Part shown: piece after piece, positions 36,832-48,999 of the stretch
How the letters are laid out: each line of letters begins with the position of its first letter
How positions within the stretch are numbered: position 1 is the stretch's first letter
Assembly: GCF_006345805.1 (NCBI RefSeq)
Contig: NC_043008.1
Coordinates: forward strand, 74,834,001 to 74,898,000
DNA: 64,000 nucleotides
Direction: 5' to 3'
Origin: Octopus sinensis
Lineage: Eukaryota
The notes under the pieces: generated by a model
What the model was told of the DNA's origin: nothing
Database searches by the model: none
What the model saw: only the letters and a program-made list of their open reading frames with translations
Position numbers and translations under genes: made by a program

Positions 36832-38235
36832 TTGGATCAGGTAATGAAGGTTACGGAGAGGGTCATAGCCCAACTAATTAGAGAGAGAGTTAGTTTAGAT
36901 GAGATGCAGTTTGGGTTTGTCCCAGGGAAAAGCACCACTGATGCTATATTCCTGGTAAGGCAGCTGCAGGAGAAATACCTAGCCAAAGATAAGCCCCTGT
37001 ACCTGGCTTTCGTTGACATGGAGAAAGCCTTTGATAGGGTCCCCCGATCCCTCATCTGGTGCTCAATGAGGAAACTAGGGATAGATGAATGGCTGGTGAG
37101 GGCTGTGCAAGCCATGTACAGAGATGCCGTAAGTAAGGTTAGAGTTGGCAACATGTACACAGAAGAATTCAAAGTAGAGGTTGGGGTCCACCAGGGTTCA
37201 GTACTCAGCCCCCTCCTATTTATCATAGTCCTCCAGGCAATAACGGAGGAATTCAAGACAGGTTGCCCCTGGGAGCTCCTCTATGCTGACGACCTCGCTC
37301 TAATCGCTGAGTCACTATCAGAACTGGAGGAGAAGTTCCAGGTGTGGAAGGAGGGTTTAGAATCGAGGGGCCTTAGAGTCAACCTAGCTAAAACCAAAGT
37401 ACTAATAAGTAGAAAGGTAGAAAACCCACAAATATCCTCAGGAAGATGGCCCTGCTCGATCTGTAGAAAAGGTGTAGGTAGAAACTCTATAAGATGTACC
37501 CAGTGTAAGCTATGGACACATAAGAGGTGCAGCAATGTCAAAGGTAGGCTAACTGGGAAGATAGCTTTTGTATGTGGCAGGTGCTCTGGAGCATTGACCT
37601 CCGAAAATCTGCAGAAAACAACTTCTGTCACTTTCCGGGGGGAAAAACTAGAAGTAGTTGATAGCTTCCGCTATCTAGGTGACCAAGTCAGTAGTGGGGG
37701 TGGGTGCGCTGAAAGTGTAACTGCTAGAATAAGAATAGCCTGGGCAAAGTTTAGGGAGCTCTTACCTCTGCTGGTGACTAAAGGCTTCTCGCTCGGAGTA
37801 AAAGGCAGACTGTATGATGCATGTGTACGAACAGCTATGCTACATGGCAGTGAAACATGGGCCGTGACTGCTGAGGACATGCGTAAGCTCGTGAGGAACG
37901 AAGCCAGTATGCTCCGATGGATGTGTAATGTCAGTGTACTTACTCGACAGAGCGTTAGTACCTTGAGAGAAATGTTGTACCTAAGAAGCATCAGTTGTTG
38001 TGTGCAAGAGAGACGATTGCGCTGGTATGGTCATGTGGCGAGAATGGATGAAGATAGGTGTGTGAGAAAGTGCCAATCCCTAGCAGTTGAGGGAACCCGT
38101 GGAAGAGGTAGACCCAGGAAAACCTGGGACGAGGTGGTGAAGCACGACCTTCGGACGTTAGGTCTCACCATGGAAATGACTAGAGACCGAGACCTATGGA
38201 AGTATGCTGTGTGTGAGAAGACCCGGCAAGACTAG
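36832..38235 (+). pseudogene. Reverse transcriptase domain with embedded PHD-type zinc finger
   Basis: QFGF, FVDMEKAFDRV, GVHQGSVLSPLLF, LYADD, KTKV, C4HC3 finger at 37453-37584, FRYLG, RWYGHV. Confidence 0.93.
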
Positions 38236-38807
38236 TGAAGCCATAATCCGTGGCCCCTACCTGGGACGTAGTCAGTCCACCTGTGCATACCTTACTTCTT
38301 GTGACACTTGTGAAGACCTGTTGAGGCAAGTGAGAATCGTATCAAATCGTATCGAATCAAATCAAATCAAATCGAACCAAATCAAAATAGATGAACATCA
38401 ATGGAATTTGTATCCTTGTGGTACCAGTGCCGGTGGCACATAAGAAAACCATCCGAACGTGACCGTAGCCAGTACCGCAATGACTGGCCTCCGTGCTGAG
38501 GGCACGTAACAAACACCATCCGAGCGTGGCCGTCCGCCAGCCTCGTCTGGCACCTGTGTCGGTGACACATAAGAAAACACCATCCGAGCGTGGCTCTCAG
38601 CCAGCCTCGTCTGGCACCTGTGTCGGTGGCACATAAAATCACCCACTACACTCTCGGAGTGGTTGGCGTTAGGAAGGGCATCCAGCTGTAGAAACACTGC
38701 CACATCTGACTGGCCTGGTGCAGCCTTCGGGCTTCCCAGGCCCAGTTGAACCGTCCAACCCATGCTAGCATGGAAAGCGGACGTTAAACGATGATGATGA
38801 TGATGAT

Positions 38808-38816
38808 ATATATATG

Positions 38817-38881
<65 letters not shown>

Positions 38882-38990
38882 GTATATATATATGTATGTA
38901 TGTATATATGTATGTATATATATATGTATGTATATATGTATGTATATATATATGTATATATATATGTATGTATGTATATATATATGTATG

Positions 38991-39023
<33 letters not shown>

Positions 39024-39480
39024 GTATGTATGTATATATGTATGTATATATATGTATATATATGTATGTATGTATATATGTATGTATGTATGTATATATG
39101 TATGTATGTATATATGTATGTATGTATATATGTATGTATGTATATATGTATGTATGAATGTGTGTATGTATATATATGTATGTATATATGTATGCATATA
39201 CATATATTTATGTATGTATATATGTATGCATATACATATATTTATGTATATGTATATATGTATGCATATACATATATTTATGTATATATATATGTATGCA
39301 TATGCATATATTTATGTATATATATATGTATATATATATACATGTATATGTAAATATATTTATATGCATATGTACATATATATATATATATGCACATATA
39401 TATTTGTATGTGTGTATATATGTGTATGTATATGTGTATGTGTATGTATGTATATATATATATATGTATATATATAAGTA

Positions 39481-39545
<65 letters not shown>
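38808..39545. repeat. ~740-bp compound TA/TATG microsatellite
   Basis: Direct reading. Confidence 0.95.
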
Positions 39546-39775
39546 GTATATGTTTGTGTGTATCTTTGTGCCAGTGTTTATATACCACCACTGCTTGACA
39601 ACTGGTGTTGATTTGTTTACATCCCTGTAGCTTAGTGGTTTGGCTAAGAAAACCTATGATATAAGCATCAGGCTCAAGAAAGTACTGAGATTGATTCATG
39701 CAGCTAAAACCTCTTTATTATGGTGCCCCAGCTTGGCACTGCCAACATTTTGATGAGTGAAACAAAGGATAAAGA
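39546..39775 (+). mobile_element. SINE family A 3' half, diverged
   Basis: CTTGACAACTGGTGTTG.TTTGTTTACATCCCTGTAGCTTAGTGGTT. Confidence 0.7.
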
Positions 39776-40079
39776 ATATTCAACTGATTTTTTTGAAATC
39801 AGCTCTGTATTTGGAAAACTGACTTCCTATACAAATTGAAATTATTCTCTCTTCACAGTAAAATAAAACAATCTCTTTTTTTTTTAACATTTAATAACTG
39901 TAACAAAAAGTAGAGAAAACCTGTTGGAAACTGCTGTAAAGTTTAATATATATTGTGTCATGTTCTACAACAAACAAATCATGAACAAATAAAGAAGCTA
40001 ACATCTTAGAAATAACAGCTAAAATTCCCTCAAATCACATCCTGCTATCTTAAAAAAGAACTCATTATTTTAGGCGTTC

Positions 40080-41000
40080 TGTGGTAATGCCTAAAATGAA
40101 TGTGCTGTCACAGCTGGAATGGTTTTGATGAGAGATCTGCTCAGTTGAAACCACTCATTTTTATTTTACATGTGTCTCAACATTCTTGTTTAGATTGGAC
40201 AGATTTTCTCCAGCAAAGTGCTTGCCACCTGTGGTTCTTCATTATACCCTTCATGATATCAGCCTTCATATTCTTCTCTTATTTTCCCCGATGCCCCTAC
40301 TTCATCCCCTATTTGCATCACATATCTATACCAAAGCAGTCTTCTCCCTTGCAAATTGCATCTGATTCCTCTTAAATGCAATAATTTCTTCAGCTTATTT
40401 GGGCTCTGTCATTCATTCATAAACCTTGACAGAGCATTCTTGCTTTCTTTCCAGCATTCACACATCCAGATTTCTTTACAATGCAACATCACACTTTGTA
40501 CACAAGCATTACAAAATTTGTTCTTCTCTTAGACCAGTGGTTCTCAACCAGAGTCCTGGGTGTCCATGCAGGCAAAATAATAAATTAAGGATCCACAATA
40601 GTATATTAATGGTCCATGACAAAATGTTACTTTGGATGTATTTATTGAAAGAAACAGCTAGGTTTCTTTCTCTCACATTTTACATAGTTCAGCTTACAAA
40701 ATTGTATGTATGGAAAGCAAAATAGGAATTTTGAAAGAAGCATCTATAAAACTAGCTTTTAAACATTTGAATGAGTAAGGAGGCCCACCAGAATAAAATC
40801 ATAATCAAAAGGGTCCATAGATAACAAACAACTGAGAACCACTGACTTAAACAACCCCAAAAAATTTTTGGAGCCAGCAGAGATATTAGCTTTTGAACAT
40901 TTTCCACCCTTACTATGGTTGTGAGGCGCATTCCTCCATCACCAATTAGGTCACCTATATAATGGAAGCTTTTGCTGATCTGGAAAGATTTCTGAGCATT
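40080..41000 (-). mobile_element. Decayed RTE LINE fragment interrupted by a hAT MITE
   Basis: Minus strand SFHYIGDLIGDGG (compare SFRYLGDQVSSGGG) right of the MITE, and RT C-terminal remnants left of it. Confidence 0.55.
40535..40844. mobile_element. hAT (Charlie-like) MITE
   Basis: CAGTGGTTCTCA...TGAGAACCACTG ends; 8-bp flanks TCTTAGAC / ACTTAAAC match at 6 of 8. Confidence 0.85.
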
Positions 41001-42449
41001 TGAAAGAATTTAACAATGGTACCCCATAGGAGAATAGTACATTGTTTCATCTACTATATTACATATAACTACATTACTCTACCTACAGTACTGTGGTTTT
41101 GTGTCTAATACTCTGCACTGTCCTATCTATAGTATATTTCAATACTGTTTACTCTTCCAGTGTTTATACAATGTATTTATTTAATACAATTAATCACTCA
41201 ACTTTGACAGATTATTTACCATTGAGAGAATATTTTCTCTTTCTGCAGCTTTCTGTCTGTTTGCTTTTCTGTCTAACTCTCTCTCCCATTCTGTCTGTCT
41301 TTCTGTTTCTTTTTGTTTGTCACTTTCAATTTCTCCCTTTCTTTAAATCTTAATCTCTGTTTTTCTCCCCCTCTCTCTTTCTCTTCACCTCTTCATATTT
41401 CTCTCTCACCTTTCCTTACTCCCCCACTCTCTACTAAATTAATCCCAATAGTTAACTGGTACTTTATTTTATCTCCTTCACACAATGATGAAATTCAAAG
41501 TTTACTTGTAATGTTAAGGGACATAATTAAATACAAGCTAGTTTGGTGATATAATGTTAAACAGATATACTTGTTATACTGATACACCAATATACCATTA
41601 GACTGATATACCGTTTTATATAGATAATATACTGCTCCTACCTTGTATGTTATCGTAACCATCACTTTCCTTACTACTTAAACTACAACCACCACCCTCT
41701 CATTTTTTTATTTCTCTGACACCACTGATATTGCCACTACTCTAATATACGTCATTTCACTACATTACAGTCAGTATATTCTGTTTTGAACATTCAGCCT
41801 TCCACACTATTTCATTGCAATATTGTTGTTATTGTTTTTGATATTGTCATAACTTTGTTATTGTGCCCATTGTTATTGTTTTCGCTATTGTCTTTGGTAT
41901 TTTATTTTTTATTAGTTTATTACTACTATTGTGTTTAATATTGTTTTTGTTAATATTATTACCATTTATATTGTTTGCATCAGTCGACGTCATCGTCACC
42001 ATATTGTTGTTATTATTATTATGCTTGTTTTTAAAAATCAAGTTTTTTCTCCTGTACAGTCCTCAAATTGTTTTTTCTTGGTTGAAGAAGATTTTTTTTG
42101 CATTGTGTCACACATGTATATTTGAATAGAGAGATGTACACAGACACACACACACACACACACAAATGCACCCCCAACACACATATTTATAATATAATGA
42201 TGGTAGCTAGACATAATATAAAGCTAAAAAGGAAAAAAAGGAATATACCTACATATATATATATATGTAGGTGTATTCATTTTTTCTTGTCTGTCATTTA
42301 TAAATTTGAGAATTGGTTCTGAGCTGGAAATAATTCTAGAAAGATAGGTTTAGTTGTTTTCATTGTAAATTAAAATTTATCTTAGAACAAAAATAGTGGA
42401 ATGCCTTGTAGACAATATTGTTTAGCCCCTTTGTTGCCCCTCATAGATC

Positions 42450-44300
42450 AGAACTAAAATCAAAGATGTCCCAGCCAATGACTATTTGTCTTCTTGTATA
42501 TCCCTGCTTATAGATGTTTTCTTATATTATGAATTGATGTTGTTTGATTGCTATCATCTTCATTAGTGGGTCCTTTCATGACTTTATAACCAATTCTTGA
42601 TGGTCACAAACAGGATATATAAATCTTCATCTGGAACAACCAGCTGTAACTCTGCATATACAGTTCTTCGTTGCTTCCTTTGGTTGTACTGAGTGGGTTT
42701 CTTCACCTTATCTTTAATCTCCTTCTAACAAGGACATTACCAATGTAAATGGTGGATACCAATGTCTTTCAACTCTTGAAGATAAGATGTTGCACTTGTT
42801 CAGACTGGTCTTTGAACTGAATCTTTGGTGGTCTGACCATAGTGGTTTCTACCAATGAGATGTGAGTTAAAATGTACTTTATATATCAGACACATCTCAG
42901 TCAATTCCTGTACAGGGTTGACTCACTGCTGCTGATGCTTGTTCAACTAGGGTTTTCTCTGTGATGCTACTTTGTGTAGTTGTTGGAAATGAGGCTGCTT
43001 CATTATCAGAATTTTGTGGGTGTGACCAGTAGTTGCTGCTATTCTGAGAAAATGAGGAGAAAAGAAGCTGGTGCAATGTGCCATTGGAAGATGGCTTCAG
43101 TTTTTTTAATGTTAGCTGCCAAGTCTATATTCTTTTATAAGCTGTAATGGCTCCTGAAATGATGCTTCTTAGAGATTCCAACATTTTTTAGCCACAAGAA
43201 TGCAGTTATCAGCATTCTCTGGTTGATTAGTCTGTCCAGATCTTGCTAGGTAGTGGCCTGTTGACTTTTAACAATAGAAAGATCACTTCCAGTTAATAGT
43301 GACTACTGCCTCCTATTCTATTCATAACAAAGTTATGCAGACAAGGAAGTTATACAATAGATTTCACAGCATGCAGTTTTGCTTAAATCTCCTTTTTAGA
43401 TTGAAGTACTTACATTTTTAAACTGAAACAACAACTTGAGCTCTCAGCCACATGTGGAACTGGTAAAGACAATCCATAAATTTGGTTGCCTGCTCAAATT
43501 TAGTGAGAACCCCCTTACATTTCTACTCTGCTTACTGTGCTAAAAGCTTTTGACAGATTCAGAAATGGAATTAGCAGGTCCATATGTTACTCCTTGTATT
43601 GGTCTTAAAGCTGATTTGTATGTTGATAATGTTGATTGTGTCATAATCCCTGGAGAAACCACACTGTAATCCTGGTGCAATATTTTATGATAATTTTGGA
43701 ACTAATCTTTGAAGATAACTTTGGCCAGGATCTCCTGAGCAATGGATTGGAATGCTATACTCTTACTCTTGGAATATATTTGTCTCCCTTGTTTTTGTAC
43801 TTGGTAATGTTATCAGCAACCTTCTGTTATTGATGTATATACTTGTGGTTCCTTGTTTACGCATTATATATTGAATCGTTAGTATGCTGAAGTAATCACA
43901 CTCCCTCAAGATCCCAACTGTGATATTTCCCTATCCAAGATTTTTTTAACAAGTTGATGATGATGGTTTGTCAAGGTCTTGGAGCATGGACATTTCACAA
44001 AGTCTCCTAAAACTGCTGGATCTAGTGATTTATGTTGGCTTAAAAACTGGTTGAAGCATTCTCTGGCACTCTGCTTTTGACAAATGGTCTTTCAGTTGAG
44101 ATGCTCCATCTGATGACTCAACTGGTGCTGTATATCATTTCCTGGGGCCACAAGTCTTTAATGCATCATAGAAATTATTTGGCAGTGGTGGTGGAAGTGC
44201 TAAATCTGAATTTCTAAGTATTTGCACATTCTCAGCAGCAAGCATTCACTAGTGGCTGCATGCTTAGACAAATTTAGCCTTTACTGATATAGAAAAACAG
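42450..44300 (-). mobile_element. Highly decayed LINE, probably RTE clade
   Basis: Only scattered motif remnants in plausible order; heavily interrupted. Confidence 0.35.
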
Positions 44301-46246
44301 TGATTAACAAATCAATATACATCTGGACAAGATACCTTTTTGAGATAAATACTGCCGTCATGTGGATTTCTACACTATATCTATGTTAAATAACATATAC
44401 AGAATGTCACCCCCTGCTACACACACACATTCTCATAGTTTTCTGTTTTCACATTACTAAAGCTTGGTTACATTTTTGAGACAAAAATACAAGGTTAGCA
44501 AAAGCTATTCTCAAAAACACAATTAGAACTATCCTTCTATGTAATTTGTCAATGTTCTTAAGAAACAGTTATGTATCATCATTCTAGTTGAATCATTTAC
44601 AAATTGTATGGTGATCACATTCTTTAACTACCAAGGCAATATAATTCCTTCATTTTCCGTCTTGCTTCAGTATAACCTTACAGTCATTAAGGCATGTTAA
44701 TTATTAAAATACTATTGTCACTGTTGTCATTGAAAGTGCAGTCAGGTTTATTATATTCTCATGCTTCTCTGTATAGTTGTGATCCATAATATAGTCATTT
44801 TCTCACACAAGTGGAGATTTATATGGCTAACAGAGAACGGTTTCATGGAGAAATTCAATGGTGACAAAATGTATACAGAAACAGATTTGTTATATTGTAT
44901 CTCCAAATATATTTGATTAGAAATTGGTGGGAAGGCCATCTTGGTAAAATATGATGTATTGTATCATAGAGTACACCAGCTTGAGAAGAACATTTGTCAT
45001 TTATATTATAGGAATTACAAGTACTCTTCACAATATATATATGTATATAGCCACAGTCAAATGACTAAAACAAGTAAAGGTATGTGTGTATATATATATA
45101 TATATATATGCTTCATATGGATTGGTTCAGTAAAAGTTTTTAACAGGCAGGCCTTAAGGGTTTCTTTAGTTGTGCACCTTGTGTAAAACATCAATAGATA
45201 GGCCCACATCTGAGACAGAGGCAGGATGCTTATGTAGAAGTAACACCACATGTCCCTGTAACTGCCACTGTAACATGGAAACAGTCATATATGATGTAGA
45301 AGTAGCACCAAAAGGCCCAATTGGGCTGGAAATCATGAGGAAACATGTATGTGAGTGAGAGAAGGTTCTTTGAGAACCAGGTTCAATAACCATAAATTCA
45401 CCTTCAATGTCCCAGTGAAAAGAAATTCTAGTCTTGGACAGGCACATGGTTGTTAAAGCAATGTGCCACAGAGTACAGAATAAAGTGAAAAATCTTAGTG
45501 AAGTGCAAAGCTTATTTTGGTATCAGAAGCAAATCCAGATTATGCTAATCTGAGAAAAGAACCCTATTAAAGAAATCTCAAAACTCATATATCTACCTTA
45601 ACTACAGCAATAAGATTTTTAGCCCATGCACTCATAAAAGAAGGCATATTTTATCATACATGTAAGCACAATCATAACTGTTATCTTTAGTTTTTCACCT
45701 TTAGCTCTCATATCCTGAGAACCCTGCAAAGAGTTTAACCAAACATACTTACATATGTTCTCTAAAATGAACTTATGCATTTGGACACCTGCCCAGCAAT
45801 CCCATTATTCCTCAAAAGCCCCTAGATATATACGATACTCTTACAAGACTACAAAAATACCATTCCCTAACCACTACACTAATTTTCAGAAAGCTCATGT
45901 AGACTAATAGCATCTCAGAGACCTTTAGGGCCAAAGAACATGACTCTTGATATAATCATTGCTTAGTTTTTTTTGTCATTTTTCCTAGTACCCTCAAACC
46001 AGATATGTTTCTCCACTTACAATTATGGAGAGCCATTATCTTATGTTTTTTCGATTTCCACCAGCTCAGACTACCATACATTATTACTTAACTGTGCTGT
46101 TATCTAACATCTGGCTTAATAACCACTATGAATTAGTAAGGACTGCTGTCATGGATATATAATACTATACACTTTCAAACTTTGATTATGTGTGTGTGTG
46201 TGTTTGTGTGTGTATGTATGTATGTGTATGTATATATATATAATAT

Positions 46247-46553
46247 ACGTAAAAAGCACCATCCGTTCGTGTCCGTTGCCAGCCTCGCCTGGCCCTCGTG
46301 CCGGTGGCACATAAAAAGCACCATCCGTTCGTGGCCGTTTGCCAGCTCTGTCTGGCACCTGTGCGGGTGGCACGTAAAAAGTACCCACTACACTCACGGA
46401 GTGGTTGGCGTTAGGAAGGGCATCCAGCCGTAGAAACACTGCCAGATTTGACTGGGCCTGATGAAGCCTTCTGGCTTCACAGACGCCAGTAGAACCGTCC
46501 AACCCATGCTAGCATGGAAAACGGACGCTAAACGATGATGATGATGATGATGA

Positions 46554-46557
<4 letters not shown>
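46247..46557 (+). mobile_element. RTE-tail short element with two ~63-bp internal units
   Basis: Match to the LINE 3' UTR; (GAT)n tail. Confidence 0.9.
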
Positions 46558-46596
<39 letters not shown>

Positions 46597-47038
46597 GAGA
46601 GAGAGAGAGAGAGATAGTGGTACAAATAAACATACTTAGGCTTGATATATAAAATATACATGCACTTGTAAATATATACAGGGATATATATATAGAGAGA
46701 AACAAAAACTGAAAAAATATTCAGATGACCATTCATGTATAAACATAGAGGTATTTATATATTTACAGAACAAATTTACATGGAATACAAAAAATCCAGA
46801 AAACTAAGGAGAGGGCATGGTATTTCAGGTCTGACAGCTGTTTCTGGAGGCTCTGAAAGATGTAGTAGCTGTAATGTTGGCAGATGGAGGGTGCAAAAAG
46901 TCAGATATGCAACTAGTTATGGATGTATTACTGTAAAACTTACCTCAGTTGTCAGGGTGGAAACATGAGCATCTAATTGACCTTTCCACCCTGACGATGG
47001 AGACAGTTTTTACCGTAATGTTTATATGCACCCAGTAC

Positions 47039-47080
<42 letters not shown>

Positions 47081-47083
47081 ATA

Positions 47084-48040
47084 TGGGAGGGTACCCAAAA
47101 GTAACCAGAAACACTCTCTTTGGGACAAGCCTGTTGTAGTTCAGGCTTCTACCCCTAGAAGCCATTTGATGCGACCCTCAGGCATCAGCCTGCCAACTGG
47201 GGTCATACTGTGTGGTGCATCTTTGTCGATTTTTGTGATTGTTGAAATGAAGGGACAGTGTGCTTCCATGAAATTCTGTTTTCTGCTGGGAAAAATGGTG
47301 ACCGAAACAGTTCTCATGCTTCAACAGTTTACAAGAACACTGCCATGTGCAAAATACAAGTTTACAAGTGGTTTTCTCATTTTAGGAATGGTCACTTGTT
47401 GCTTGAAGACCAACCTCATTCAGGGTGACTGTTGACCTCATGAATGAATGAAAACATCACGAAAATTCATAAACTGATGTTGGAGGATCGTCACCAAACA
47501 ATTGAAAAACTTGTTGATTTGACTGATGTATCCTGGAGCTCCTACCAATGAATTTTGAGCAAGGAATTGCGAATGTAAACAGTTGTAGCAAAATTTGTGC
47601 TTTGTTTGCTCACAGTAGATCAAAAGCAGCCATGATTGAATATATGTCATGAACTGAAAGAACAGTTGGAAGTTTATTCAAATTTCTTTTCAAAGATCAT
47701 CACTTGTGATGAAAGCTGGTGCTACAGTTACAACTTGGAAATGAAGCAGCAATCAAGTCAGTGGAAACATTGAATGTCACCACACCCCCAAAAAGTGCAT
47801 CAAGTGAAATCTAACATCAGGACATTGCTAATTTATTTCATTGATGCAACAGGAATTGCTTGCCCAATATTTGTCTCCCTTGGTCAAACTGTTAATGAGA
47901 CATTTTATTTGGTAGTTATAAAGCATTTGCTAGACACAGTGAAACAAAACTGCCCTGACCAGTGACAAATGGTGGTTTCAGCACGACAATGTACCTTCGC
48001 TCCCTGCTTCTGGTATGAGACAGTTTTTGACCCAAAATGA
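47084..48040 (+). mobile_element. Mariner transposon relic, 3'-truncated
   Basis: MKFCFLLGK..TET, IITCDESWCY, KVHQVKSN, FQHDN; frameshifts. Confidence 0.85.
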
Positions 48041-48050
48041 CCAAATATCT

Positions 48051-48089
<39 letters not shown>

Positions 48090-48999
48090 CAAGAGAGAGA
48101 GAAAATCTTTTATTTAAACCTAAGCTGGTTGAGATACTTGTTTCTATATGGCAAACATAGTTGCTTCTGTTGCAATCTTCACACTGAATTTGTTCATCTA
48201 TACTATAGTCTGTTTTAACTGATATGTAGGATATGATTTCATGGAGGTACTAAGTATGGAAGTACATACATTTACAATTGTTATTGGTATATCTGGCTAA
48301 GTTCTGATGGAAGAGTTAAATAGTTAGTGGAGCTGCTAGTTGTAATCTACAAATGCAATGTTTCAGATATACAATCCTCCAATTTGTGGAGCTTTACAGT
48401 TCATATTCTGTGTTCAACTTGTTATGATGCAGTTTTGTCTTCTTTTCTGGTGTTTTGTAGTGAATATGGGCGTATCCATCAATGTGGTCTGTATGAATCC
48501 TGTCATGATGGATGGTTGTATTTAATATTCTCTGGTATTGTTGGCAAGAAGGGAAATGATATTTATGTATTTATGTTTCTGTGTCTTTTAGTTCTCTTCT
48601 TTGGAGCCATGGTTCTAGGTAATTGATCTAGGATTATTGCCATTGTAGATGTATATTTTTGTCCCTGATGTATTTTGTTTTAGAACTGAGCTGTTTGAAA
48701 TCTGACCCATTTCTCTGGGAAATATTTGGCTGGCATTAATGATTGATTCACTACTGTTTAGAATATTAGAGATCCCAATGTTTTGTTGTGACATTCCTTA
48801 TGAGTTGGTAAGGTGTGGATAACAGGGATAACTTCATTCTTCTCTTTGTAGCATATATATACACACAGTGATTTTGTGGGCTGGGCTACAACATCAATCA
48901 CAAGATGAGTCTTTTCAATATGATGTTTCATAATGAGATAGGGTCAGTTTGCCTATATTTCCCAATCAGTCTGAACACTGAAATTCCAAAAGTTATTAA

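Larger units (their letters stand above)
35181..38807 (+). mobile_element. Near-full-length RTE-clade LINE
   Basis: APE, linker, RT (YADD at 37282-37293), 3' UTR with (ATCAA)n and ~63-bp units, and a (GAT)n tail. The true 5' end is uncertain. Confidence 0.93.

Noticed and set aside
45199-45355. GCLCRSNTTCPCNCHCNMETVIYDVEVAPKGPIGLEIM as a GPS- or PDZ-like exon
   Set aside because: Good donor but no pyrimidine tract at the acceptor; lacks the GPS tryptophans and HLT motif.
48250-48860. Possible Penelope-like RT remnant (also 28850-29560)
   Set aside because: Motif hints were inconsistent between strands; needs a profile search.
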